From assembly GCA_965223855.1 (NCBI GenBank), contig CBDCXM010000009.1:2528001-2592000 (forward strand): a stretch of DNA of 64,000 bases. The letters are read 5' to 3'. Origin of the DNA: Candidatus Multivoradales bacterium (GTDB taxonomy: Bacteria > Acidobacteriota > Thermoanaerobaculia > Multivoradales > JAHEKO01). Below, one piece after another: positions 37,382 to 45,775 of this stretch. Every line of letters starts with the position of its first letter. Within the stretch, counting starts at the first letter, position 1. The translations under genes were made by a program, and so were the position numbers. The notes under the pieces are model-generated. The model was not told where the DNA came from and made no database searches. It saw nothing but the letters and a program-made list of their open reading frames with translations.

Positions 37382-37894
37382 ATGACCGTCCCGCTGCGCC
37401 AGCCGCTCGTTCACGAGCTCGAAGTCGAACTCTCGGTCACCCGCCCGCTCCTCGAGCGACTGCCGGGGGACCGGCTCGAGTTTCGCCCGCACGAGAAATC
37501 GATGTCGCTCGGCCGGCTGGCGACCCACATCGGCGAGTGCGCCAGGTACGGCTGGCAGGTGCTCGCTACCGAAAGTATCGACTCGGCATCGCCCGCCACG
37601 CCACGCCCTACGCTCGACAGCGTCGGCGACATCGTGACCGCGTTCGACCGAGAAGGTGCCGCGTTCGTCGCCGCCCTCGAGTCCGCTTCCGACGAGTTGC
37701 TCCTCGGCTCGTGGAGCTACCGCAAGGGGGAGCGGACGATCTTCGAGGTGCGACGTGTCGGCGCGTTGCGCCGCTTCGTTCTGAACCACCTGGTCCATCA
37801 TCGGGGCCAGCTCACCGTCTACCTCCGGCTGCTCGGAGTGGAACTGCCGCAGGTCTACGGACCTTCGGCGGACGATCGGGAGGGCTACGCGTGA
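37382..37894 (+). CDS. DinB/YfiT-family metal-binding protein
   Basis: FRPHEKSMSLGRLATH and NHLVHHRGQLTVYLRLLG..P.VYGPSAD. Confidence 0.9.
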   Translation: MTVPLRQPLVHELEVELSVTRPLLERLPGDRLEFRPHEKSMSLGRLATHIGECARYGWQVLATESIDSASPATPRPTLDSVGDIVTAFDREGAAFVAALESASDELLLGSWSYRKGERTIFEVRRVGALRRFVLNHLVHHRGQLTVYLRLLGVELPQVYGPSADDREGYA

Positions 37895-38619
37895 GCGAGG
37901 CGCGTTTTCTGCTGCTTCAGGCGCGCCGGGAGGACGATCCGGAGAGGGACGGCGAGCGTCGCCTGTTCGCTCGCCGGATGGGAGCTCCGGAAGCTAGCGT
38001 GGTGGGGCACAACCTCCTCGAGGGGTTGCCGGAGTTGAGAGCCATTCGCGATTTCCAGGGACTTCTGATCGGCGGAAGCGGCGAGTACTACGTGACGAAG
38101 GAGAACCTGCCACGCCAGGAGGAGGTGCTCGATCTGCTGCGGGAAGCGGTCGAGGGACCGACACCGGTCTTCGCGTCGTGCTTCGGCTTTCACCTGCTGA
38201 CGGCCGCCCTGGGCGGCACGCTGCTGCACGATCCGGACAACATGGAGATCGGCACCTACGAACTGGAGTTGACCGGGGCGGGCGCGGCCGACGAGCTCTT
38301 CGGAGTTCTCCCTTCCCGCTTCTGGGCTCAGGTCGGGCGCAAGGACCGGGCCAGTGAGTTGCCCCCTGGGACCTCGAACTTCGCTCGCAGTGCCCTGTGC
38401 CCCAACCAGGGCTTTCGCTTCGGAGAGCGCCAGGTCTGGGCGAGCCAGTTTCATCCCGAGCTCGACGGCGAGACGAATCGCGGCCGCTACCTCGCCTATC
38501 TCGAGGGGTACGCCGAGATGATGTCGGAGCAGGAGCGGCGCGACGTGCTGGAACGTTTCCGCGACAGCCCCGAGACACCGCGGCTGCTGCGGCGGTTCTA
38601 CGAGATCGTCACGGACTGA
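37891..38619 (+). CDS. Class I glutamine amidotransferase-like protein
   Basis: IGGSG, SCFGF (Cys nucleophile) and QFHPE; GTGA overlap with the DinB-family gene. Confidence 0.85.
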   Translation: MSEARFLLLQARREDDPERDGERRLFARRMGAPEASVVGHNLLEGLPELRAIRDFQGLLIGGSGEYYVTKENLPRQEEVLDLLREAVEGPTPVFASCFGFHLLTAALGGTLLHDPDNMEIGTYELELTGAGAADELFGVLPSRFWAQVGRKDRASELPPGTSNFARSALCPNQGFRFGERQVWASQFHPELDGETNRGRYLAYLEGYAEMMSEQERRDVLERFRDSPETPRLLRRFYEIVTD

Positions 38620-38807
38620 CGGCGCTCGTCGCCGTCAGCGCTCTCCGGGGGCAGAGACGAGAGGCACTCGTCGAAGTCTCGCGGCGAGCAGTCGAAGCCG
38701 AACCGGAGGTTCTGCGAGCGGCGTGAGGTCGTTCCGCCTCCGCCTGTAACAACGCCTCGAGCGAAGCGCCCGTTCTCACTGGTGGCCTGAAACACGAGGT
38801 CCTAGCC

Positions 38808-38978
38808 ATGAGCAACCTGAACATCGTCCTCGCCGTCTTCGCGATCCTGATCGGAGGGGTCCTCCTCCTCACGCCGAACGGGATCATCGTCATTGTCGAG
38901 AACCCCGCCCTCAGGATCGGTATCGGCGCGATCTCGGCAGTTCTGGGCGTGCTCGGGTTGCGAGCCTCCCGCCGATAG
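38808..38978 (+). CDS. 56-aa two-TM small protein (below the ORF-track cutoff)
   Basis: MSNLNIVLAVFAILIGGVLLLTPNGIIVIVENPALRIGIGAISAVLGVLGLRASRR; GAGG RBS, GC3-rich codons, hairpin downstream. Confidence 0.6.
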   Translation: MSNLNIVLAVFAILIGGVLLLTPNGIIVIVENPALRIGIGAISAVLGVLGLRASRR

Positions 38979-38989
38979 CTCGCGCCCGG

Positions 38990-39023
38990 AAAGAAAAAGA
39001 GCCCCGCCGAAGCGGGGCTCTTC
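38990..39023 (-). terminator. Terminator after hup (probably bidirectional)
   Basis: AAGAGCCCCGC-CGAA-GCGGGGCTCTT with an A-tract on the left. Confidence 0.8.
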
Positions 39024-39044
39024 GAGTCTTCCGAGAAGGAGTGC

Positions 39045-39338
39045 TTACTCGGCGACGCGGTCCTTCAGACCCTTGCCGGCCTTGAAGAAGGGGTACTTCT
39101 TGGCGGCGATGGTGATCGTCGCGCCGGTCGCCGGGTTACGGCCCTGGCGAGCGGAGCGGCGCTTGGTCCCGAAGGTACCGAAGCCGAGGATCTGCACCTC
39201 GCGGCCCGCATCGAGCTCGACGGCGATGATGCCGTGACCGGGCTTCGTGTCGAAGATCGTCGCGACGACCTCCTGAGCCTTCGACTTGGAGAGGTCGCAC
39301 TTGCGGGCGAGCTTTTCGGCGAGTTCCTTCTTGTTCAT
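39045..39338 (-). CDS. hup: HU family DNA-binding protein
   Basis: MNKKEL, GFGTF, RQGRNPATG and FKAGKGLKD. Confidence 0.95.
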   Translation of the reverse strand: MNKKELAEKLARKCDLSKSKAQEVVATIFDTKPGHGIIAVELDAGREVQILGFGTFGTKRRSARQGRNPATGATITIAAKKYPFFKAGKGLKDRVAE

Positions 39339-39491
39339 TCAGACTCCTTCCCCTGGAAAGGTTGGGACAAAGGTCCCGTTTGGTGGGATTCCACTGATGA
39401 GTGCGATGCGAACTGCATCTCGAAGATCACGTTCCGTCCCTCGGTGTGGAACGTGCGATCAGCATAGCACGGCAAATCGTCACGAAACCAG

Positions 39492-40202
39492 TCAGTGGCT
39501 GCCTTTTCGAGGTCTCTCGTCGAGGTCCGGCGGGCCGTGGAAGCGGCAGATTTCTTCCAGCGGCTTCTTGCCGATTCTCGGCACTTCGGCGTCGGCCGCC
39601 GGCAACCCCGTCACGAGGATCAGGAACGGCTTCTCGTGGCGCGGCCGGCCCAGGATGTCGTTGAGGAAGCGCATCGGAGCGGGTGTGTGGGTCAAAGTCG
39701 CCAGTCCCGCGTGGTGGAGCGCCGAGATGAGCATTCCGGTGGCGATGCCCACCGATTCGCTGACGTAGTAGTGCTTGAACTTCTCGCCTTCGGGGGTGAT
39801 CCCGTGGAGCTGCGCGAAGATCACGATCAGGTAGGGCGCGATCTCCAGAAACGGCTTGTTCTCGTCGGTGCCGAGCGGGGCGAGGGCGTCGAGCCACGCC
39901 TTGGGGGCGCGCTCGCGATAGAAGGTGCGCTCCTCCTCTTCGGCGGCCTCGCGGATGCGCGACTTGATCTCCGGGTCCGAGACGACGCTGAAGAACCACG
40001 GTTGCCGGTTGGCGCCGCTAGGCGCCGTCGCGGCGGCTTCGATCGAGCGTTGGATCACCTCTCGCTCGATCGGCTCGCTCGAGAAGTGACGCACCGTCCG
40101 CCGCCGACGCAGTTCGTCTCGCATCGCGGTCACCCGGACCAGGCGCTCCCCCGGCGGATACTGGCGAAAGCCGGTCAACGGCTCGAACTGTGGCTGCTTC
40201 AT
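39492..40202 (-). CDS. Nitroreductase-fold protein, iodotyrosine deiodinase-like
   Basis: [45 protein letters not shown] and THTPAPM. Confidence 0.8.
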   Translation of the reverse strand: MKQPQFEPLTGFRQYPPGERLVRVTAMRDELRRRRTVRHFSSEPIEREVIQRSIEAAATAPSGANRQPWFFSVVSDPEIKSRIREAAEEEERTFYRERAPKAWLDALAPLGTDENKPFLEIAPYLIVIFAQLHGITPEGEKFKHYYVSESVGIATGMLISALHHAGLATLTHTPAPMRFLNDILGRPRHEKPFLILVTGLPAADAEVPRIGKKPLEEICRFHGPPDLDERPRKGSH

Positions 40203-40303
40203 GGTCGGTTTCATGGTGGGTGGCAAAGCTGGTGCTACGATCCGCCTCCGCGCGGCTTCGGCCGCATCCATGCGACCCCACCTGACTCTCCCGGAGGCTC
40301 CTC

Positions 40304-41023
40304 TTGAGCAAACTCGCACTCGCTAGTATCCCACTCGTTTTCGTCCTCGCAACCGCCTGTGGCGCCGGCCCGGCGGAGGACAGCGCCGCCGCGGAGGAAC
40401 CTCCGACCGACGACCAGGGCGCGGACGTCAGCTACTCGATCGGCTGGCAGACAGGTTCCGGTTTCCGTCAGCAGGGGGTCGAGATCGACGCCGATCTCTT
40501 CGTCGAGGGGCTGCGTCAGGCGCTGGCTGAGGGCGATCCGCGCTGGAGCGAGCAGGAGATGGTCGCAGCCCTGCAGAAGTTCCAGCAGGAGTTCATGGCG
40601 AAGCAGCAGGCTCGGATGGCCGAGATGGGCACCGCCAATGCCGCCGCCGGAAAGGCCTTCCTCGAGAACAACGCTACCCGCGACGGCGTGATGACCACGG
40701 CGAGCGGCCTGCAGTACGAGGTGATGAGCGCTACGGACGGAGCCAGGCCCACGGCGACCGATCGGGTGACCGTGCACTACCACGGCACGCTGATCGACGG
40801 CACGGTGTTCGACTCGAGCGTCGATCGAGGCACGCCGGCGACCTTCGGCCTCAATGGGGTCATTCGTGGCTGGACCGAGGGGTTGCAGCTCATGGGCGTC
40901 GGATCGAAGTACAAGTTCTACATCCCGGCGGAGCTCGCCTACGGTCCCGGAGGCCAGGGCAGGATCGGCCCGAACTCGACCCTGATCTTCGAGGTCGAGC
41001 TCCTCGGCATCGAGGGTCGCTGA
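40304..41023 (+). CDS. FKBP-type peptidyl-prolyl isomerase (Mip/FkpA type), lipoprotein
   Basis: LATA-C lipobox; [30 protein letters not shown] and LIFEVEL. Confidence 0.93.
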   Translation: MSKLALASIPLVFVLATACGAGPAEDSAAAEEPPTDDQGADVSYSIGWQTGSGFRQQGVEIDADLFVEGLRQALAEGDPRWSEQEMVAALQKFQQEFMAKQQARMAEMGTANAAAGKAFLENNATRDGVMTTASGLQYEVMSATDGARPTATDRVTVHYHGTLIDGTVFDSSVDRGTPATFGLNGVIRGWTEGLQLMGVGSKYKFYIPAELAYGPGGQGRIGPNSTLIFEVELLGIEGR

Positions 41024-41034
41024 CGCGGGGCCCC

Positions 41035-41062
41035 CGGCCGGACTCCGATCGGGGTCCGGCCG
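41035..41062. terminator. Hairpin between convergent FKBP and MscS genes
   Basis: CGGCCGGACTCC-GATC-GGGGTCCGGCCG; no U-tract. Confidence 0.5.
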
Positions 41063-41080
41063 CGGCAGCTCGCCCGTCTC

Positions 41081-42163
41081 TCAACTCGTCTCGGCGTTCT
41101 CGCCCGGGAGGATCCGCACCTCGCGTTGCGGGTAGGGGATCTCGATCTCCGCTTCGCGCAACGCGACGTAGACCCTTCGGAAGAGGTCGTCGAGCACCCG
41201 GCCGCGCAACACCGGCATCTCGATCCAGCCGAGCAACTCGTGGTCGATGCCCGAGTCGCCGAACGCCCGTATGCGGACCCGTGCTTCGGGTTCCTCGAGA
41301 ATGTCCGGCTGCTCCTCGGCCACGTTGAGAAGAACGTCCCTCACCTGGTCGAGGTCGGAGCCGTAGGCGACGCCGACCTTGAGACGGACGCGCTGCTTTT
41401 CCCACGGACCGCCACTTTCGTTGATGATCTTGGCGTTGGCGATCACCGCGTTGGGCACCGTCACTTCGACGTCGTCGCGAGTGAGGAGGCGCGTGCTGCG
41501 AAGGCCGATGTGCTGGACTTCGCCCCTCTCGCCGGTGTCGATCACGACGAAATCACCCTTCTTGTAGGGGGCGTCGGCGAGGATGAAGATGCCCGCGAAG
41601 AGGTTGGCCAGGGTGTCCTTGGCAGCGAAACCGACGGCGATCCCGACGACGCCTGCGGAGGCGAGCCAGGCAGTGACCTCGATGTTCCAGGAGAGGAAGA
41701 GGAAGTAGATCGCCGCGCCTACGATCACCACCCGTGCCACCTGCCCGAAGAGTGGCACCGTGCGCTCGTTGATCACCGGGAAGCGCTCGTGGTGGCGTCC
41801 GGCGACGCCGATCAGGAGGCTCGCGACCCTGGCGACGAAGATCGACCAGATGAGGACCGCGGTCGTCTTCAGGATCGGCAGGATCAGTTTGTCGAGATAG
41901 ACCTGCCCGATCTCGAGCTCGAGAGCCGCCAGCCACGCCCCCAGCAGCACCACGCTGGTGAAGACGGGGCGATCGAGGGCGGCGATCACCTCGTCATCGA
42001 AGTCCGTTTTCGTGAAACGCGCCCCGGTCTTGAGAACGACCCGGAGAAACCAGCTGACGATCCTGGCGGCGAGGACTGCGGCGAGCAGGATGGCACCTGC
42101 TCTCGCCCAGGAGTTCGTTCCCACCACCTCGAGGATCGGTTGCAGCCATTCGGGTGTGGTCAT
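41081..42163 (-). CDS. mscS: MscS-family mechanosensitive channel
   Basis: GIAVGFAAKDTLANLFAG, IGLRST, VPNA, GVAYGSD and IPYPQR. Confidence 0.9.
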   Translation of the reverse strand: MTTPEWLQPILEVVGTNSWARAGAILLAAVLAARIVSWFLRVVLKTGARFTKTDFDDEVIAALDRPVFTSVVLLGAWLAALELEIGQVYLDKLILPILKTTAVLIWSIFVARVASLLIGVAGRHHERFPVINERTVPLFGQVARVVIVGAAIYFLFLSWNIEVTAWLASAGVVGIAVGFAAKDTLANLFAGIFILADAPYKKGDFVVIDTGERGEVQHIGLRSTRLLTRDDVEVTVPNAVIANAKIINESGGPWEKQRVRLKVGVAYGSDLDQVRDVLLNVAEEQPDILEEPEARVRIRAFGDSGIDHELLGWIEMPVLRGRVLDDLFRRVYVALREAEIEIPYPQREVRILPGENAETS

Positions 42164-43485
42164 GCCTTCTCCTTTGCACTCCGATCACGCAGGAGGCCCG
42201 CGACCGTCCCGCCCAGTGCGAGAAGCGCGATGAGGTTGGGGATCGCCATCATGCCGTTGAGGATGTCCGCCCACGCCCAGGTGAGGCGAGGTCCGGCGAG
42301 TGCGCCGCCGGCGATGGCGATGCAGTAGAGCGCCCGGTACGGAGCACGCGCCCCCGGGCCGAAGAGATAGGCGGCGCTCTGCTCGCCGTAGAAGGCCCAG
42401 GTGATGAGAGTCGACAGGCCGAAGAGGACCGACGACGCCAGCACCAGCGGTCCACCGACACCGCCGAGCGCGGTGGAGAACGCCTCGGCGGTGAGTGCCG
42501 TCGAATCGAGCCCGGACTGCCAGGCACCGGTGACGAGGAGCGCGAGCCCGGTCGCGGTCGACACCACCATGGTGTCGAGGAATACCCCCAGCATGGCGAT
42601 CTTGCCCTGTCGGACGGGGTCGTTGGTCTTCGCCGACGCGTGGGCGATCGGCACCGAGCCGGTGCCCGCCTCGTTCGAGTAGACGCCCCGGGCGACGCCG
42701 AAGCGGAACGCCTCCCTGACGCCGGCGCCGAGAAAGCCGCCGGTCGCCGCGATCGGCGAGAAGGCGTGGTGCACCACGAGCTGAAGACTGGGCACGATCT
42801 GCTCCCGGAACAGCACCAGAACGACGGCGGCGCCGCTCAGGTAGAGAGCGCCCATCAGCGGAGCGAGGATGCTGGAGGTGCGCGCGATCGATCTGACACC
42901 GCCGAGGATCGCCGCTGCGCAGACCGCGGCCAGCAGCAGGCAGGTGGTGAGCGCGTTCCAGCCGACCTGCGCCTCGACCACCGAGGCGATCGAGTTCGAC
43001 TGGACGACGGTCGTCGCCAGCAGAGTCTTGACCGCCAGCCCGAAGGCGAAGAAGGCGGCCAGTCGGCGCCAGCCGAGGGCGTCCCGCAAGTAGTACATCG
43101 GGCCGCCGACGTAGAGTCCGTCGGCCTCGCGGCGGCGATAGCGGACGCCGAGCACTGATTCGGCGAACATCGTCCCCATGCCGACGAGACCCGAGATCCA
43201 CATCCAGAAGAGCGCCCCGGGGCCGCCCGCGGTCACGGCGGTGGCGACCCCTGCGAGATTGCCGTTGCCGACGATCCCGCCGACGGCGGTCATCAGGGCG
43301 GCGAACGGGCTGATGTCGCCGTCCTCGTCGCGCTTGCGCGCCGTCAGCAGCCTGACGGCGGACGCGAAGCCGCTGAACTGGATGGCGCGGAGCCTGACGA
43401 ACAGGTAGAGGCCGGTGCCGAGCACCAGCAGCAGCATGGGCAGGCCCCACAGCCAGTCACTGAAGCTCTGGATCCACCCGCTCAT
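42160..43485 (-). CDS. Alanine/glycine:cation symporter (AGCS)
   Basis: GNLAGVA, GGPGALFWMW, GGPMYY, SNEAGTGS and MAIPNL. Confidence 0.93.
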   Translation of the reverse strand: MSGWIQSFSDWLWGLPMLLLVLGTGLYLFVRLRAIQFSGFASAVRLLTARKRDEDGDISPFAALMTAVGGIVGNGNLAGVATAVTAGGPGALFWMWISGLVGMGTMFAESVLGVRYRRREADGLYVGGPMYYLRDALGWRRLAAFFAFGLAVKTLLATTVVQSNSIASVVEAQVGWNALTTCLLLAAVCAAAILGGVRSIARTSSILAPLMGALYLSGAAVVLVLFREQIVPSLQLVVHHAFSPIAATGGFLGAGVREAFRFGVARGVYSNEAGTGSVPIAHASAKTNDPVRQGKIAMLGVFLDTMVVSTATGLALLVTGAWQSGLDSTALTAEAFSTALGGVGGPLVLASSVLFGLSTLITWAFYGEQSAAYLFGPGARAPYRALYCIAIAGGALAGPRLTWAWADILNGMMAIPNLIALLALGGTVAGLLRDRSAKEKA

Positions 43486-43590
43486 CTGAGGAGCGGTGAC
43501 TATACAGGCAGCCTCCTTCGTCCCGAAGACCCCGGTAGTCGCGCTAGCCGGTTGGGCACCGCAAGCAGGGTTGAGGCGAGGTGCGTGGGC

Positions 43591-45564
43591 TCAGGGCAGG
43601 GTTGCGGACCAGGCCGAAGTATCCCCCGACTCGAATCCATCGCTGAAGATTCGACTGGTGTAGGAATACACCCCTGCGTTGGTCGCGATCCAGAGGACCG
43701 GCGGGTTCGTGCGAGAGAGATCGACCGATCGCAGATACCGCAGGTCGCGGGGTAACCCCTCCGTGCTGAAAGGTGCCCAGGTGTCGCCGTCGTCGGTCGA
43801 TCGGTACAGCCTCTCGGCCGCGGCGTAGAGTTCGCCAGCCGTGGGTCCGGCGGCGATAGAGACTGCGGCGAACGGTGGATCGAGCAGGTCCCATGTCCCC
43901 CCCGAATCCGTGCTCCGGCGCAACTGGGATTCCGAACCGCTGAAGAAGAGGCTGAACACCGTGCTCGACTCCACCGGATTGGCCTCGATGACCGCAAGAC
44001 ATTGGCCCGACGGCCCTTCGTCGAGAACCTTGGTCCAGACGGAGCCTCCATCCTGACTCCGCTCTACCCAGCACCGCCAGCCACCGTCCAGCCCTCCTCC
44101 GGTGACCAGGAGCAAGTTCCGGTCGTGCGCGGGGAAAGCGACGTCGAGGGGGTAGTACCAGTCCCAGCTCGGGTCGATGGGAAGCTGCTGCGACCAACTG
44201 GACCCGTCGTCGTTGGTGATCGAGAGCGCAGGGGCCTGCGTGGACTGGATGAAGACGTGACCGAGTATCCGCCGGGAGGCCAGATTCGGGTCGATGTCGA
44301 GCGAACCGAAGTTAATGGGGATACCGGCAGGTGTCACCTCAGTCCAGGTGGCTGCGGTGTCCGTGCTCTCCCAGACGCCGGAGAGGTCGAACCAGAAGGC
44401 GCGGGCCGGATCGGTCGGATCTGGGGTGAGTCCACCTGCCGGCTGAGGAAGGCCGGTGTTGGCGGCTGTCCAGGTGGCACCGCCGTCCGTGGTCCTCAAC
44501 CGACCGAACTCGTCGAAAGCGACGACACCGGAAGAAGGTGACGCGGTGACCCGGTCGTCGAACGCCTGCAAGCCGGCGACACGATCGTGCCATGTCGCGC
44601 CGGCGTCGGTGGAACGACGCAGCCCGTAACGGTTGGCGAAGAAGATCTCTGTCGTCGAGCCCGTTGCGAACGCGGCGCGGTACGTCGTGAACTGGCGAGC
44701 TGCGTCCGGTAGCGAGGTCCAGGAAACGCCCCCGTCGGAGCTCGACCAGAGACTCTCGCGACGATTCACCAGCATGTGCAGGGCGTTGGTCGAGGATATG
44801 TCTACGTCGTCCTCGCCCCGGACGTTGTCACTCTCCGACCAGGAATCCCCTCCGTTGGTGGTGACAGCCACGTCCGAGGAGCCCCCTGCGAGAACCGTTC
44901 CGGGAGCCGTGCGTGAGACGGCGATCCGAGCAGGTAGGAACGACAGCGAACCGGCGACGGCGTTCCAGGTCGCACCTCCGTCGGTCGTCCGAATCACTCC
45001 TCCAGAGGTGGCGCAGTAGGCGATCAGGTCTGTCGTCGGATCGAACTCGCACTCGCGCATGAGCGAAGGCCCGGGGTCGGAGACGTGCCAGGTCTGGCCG
45101 CCGTCCAACGACCGGTAGAGACCGGAGGGTACGCTCATCAACAGGAGGACTCGATCCGAGTTGCCCGGGGCCACGGCGATCTGGCGTGGCGTGCCCACTG
45201 GTGACGGGAGGGTCGCCCAGGTGAGTCCCCCGTTCATCGATCGGAGCGCCGGTCGGTCGTCGGTCGAGTCGATGGCGTAGAGCACTCCATCGTCAGCGAT
45301 CGTCAGGTTGCGGATCGTCTGGTTGGCGCCGTCGGCAACTCTCACCCAGCTGGCTCCCGAATCGTCCGATCGAAAGGGGCCGTTCACCGTGCCGACGTAG
45401 TAGCGCCCTGGTTGCGACGAGTCGCCGACGAGGTCGTACACCTTGCCTCCGAACGGCCCGCCGCCCGTCCAGGCGCCACCGCCCGCCGAGACCGCCAGGG
45501 CGTGGAAGGCCACCCAAAGGAGGACGAGGATGATTCTGGTCAAGTTGCGAGCTCCTCTTGCCAT
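43591..45564 (-). CDS. Secreted BNR/Asp-box beta-propeller protein with C-terminal IFSDGFESGDTSAWSATLP tail
   Basis: Signal peptide, GPFGG and more than ten S/TxDGGxTW repeats. Confidence 0.85.
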   Translation of the reverse strand: MARGARNLTRIILVLLWVAFHALAVSAGGGAWTGGGPFGGKVYDLVGDSSQPGRYYVGTVNGPFRSDDSGASWVRVADGANQTIRNLTIADDGVLYAIDSTDDRPALRSMNGGLTWATLPSPVGTPRQIAVAPGNSDRVLLLMSVPSGLYRSLDGGQTWHVSDPGPSLMRECEFDPTTDLIAYCATSGGVIRTTDGGATWNAVAGSLSFLPARIAVSRTAPGTVLAGGSSDVAVTTNGGDSWSESDNVRGEDDVDISSTNALHMLVNRRESLWSSSDGGVSWTSLPDAARQFTTYRAAFATGSTTEIFFANRYGLRRSTDAGATWHDRVAGLQAFDDRVTASPSSGVVAFDEFGRLRTTDGGATWTAANTGLPQPAGGLTPDPTDPARAFWFDLSGVWESTDTAATWTEVTPAGIPINFGSLDIDPNLASRRILGHVFIQSTQAPALSITNDDGSSWSQQLPIDPSWDWYYPLDVAFPAHDRNLLLVTGGGLDGGWRCWVERSQDGGSVWTKVLDEGPSGQCLAVIEANPVESSTVFSLFFSGSESQLRRSTDSGGTWDLLDPPFAAVSIAAGPTAGELYAAAERLYRSTDDGDTWAPFSTEGLPRDLRYLRSVDLSRTNPPVLWIATNAGVYSYTSRIFSDGFESGDTSAWSATLP

Positions 45565-45775
45565 GAAACGAATGCCACCCTTTCGACCGATAGACGCTTC
45601 GCACGGTGCGGAGCGCGCGCACCTACCTGCCGCTCCACGTTGTCGCTGCGGCCAGGACGTAGAAGTTTAGCAATGCGAGGCAGATGGATGGGGCCTGCGC
45701 GGTGGATGGACGCTTCGGCATGGTGTGCGCTGAGGAATGTCGGACGAGCACGGGTCGGTTGTACGCTGGGTGACG

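Noticed and set aside
37382-37894. DinB as DNA polymerase IV in the SOS locus
   Set aside because: It is the unrelated DinB/YfiT helical metalloprotein family, and no operator repeat lies upstream.
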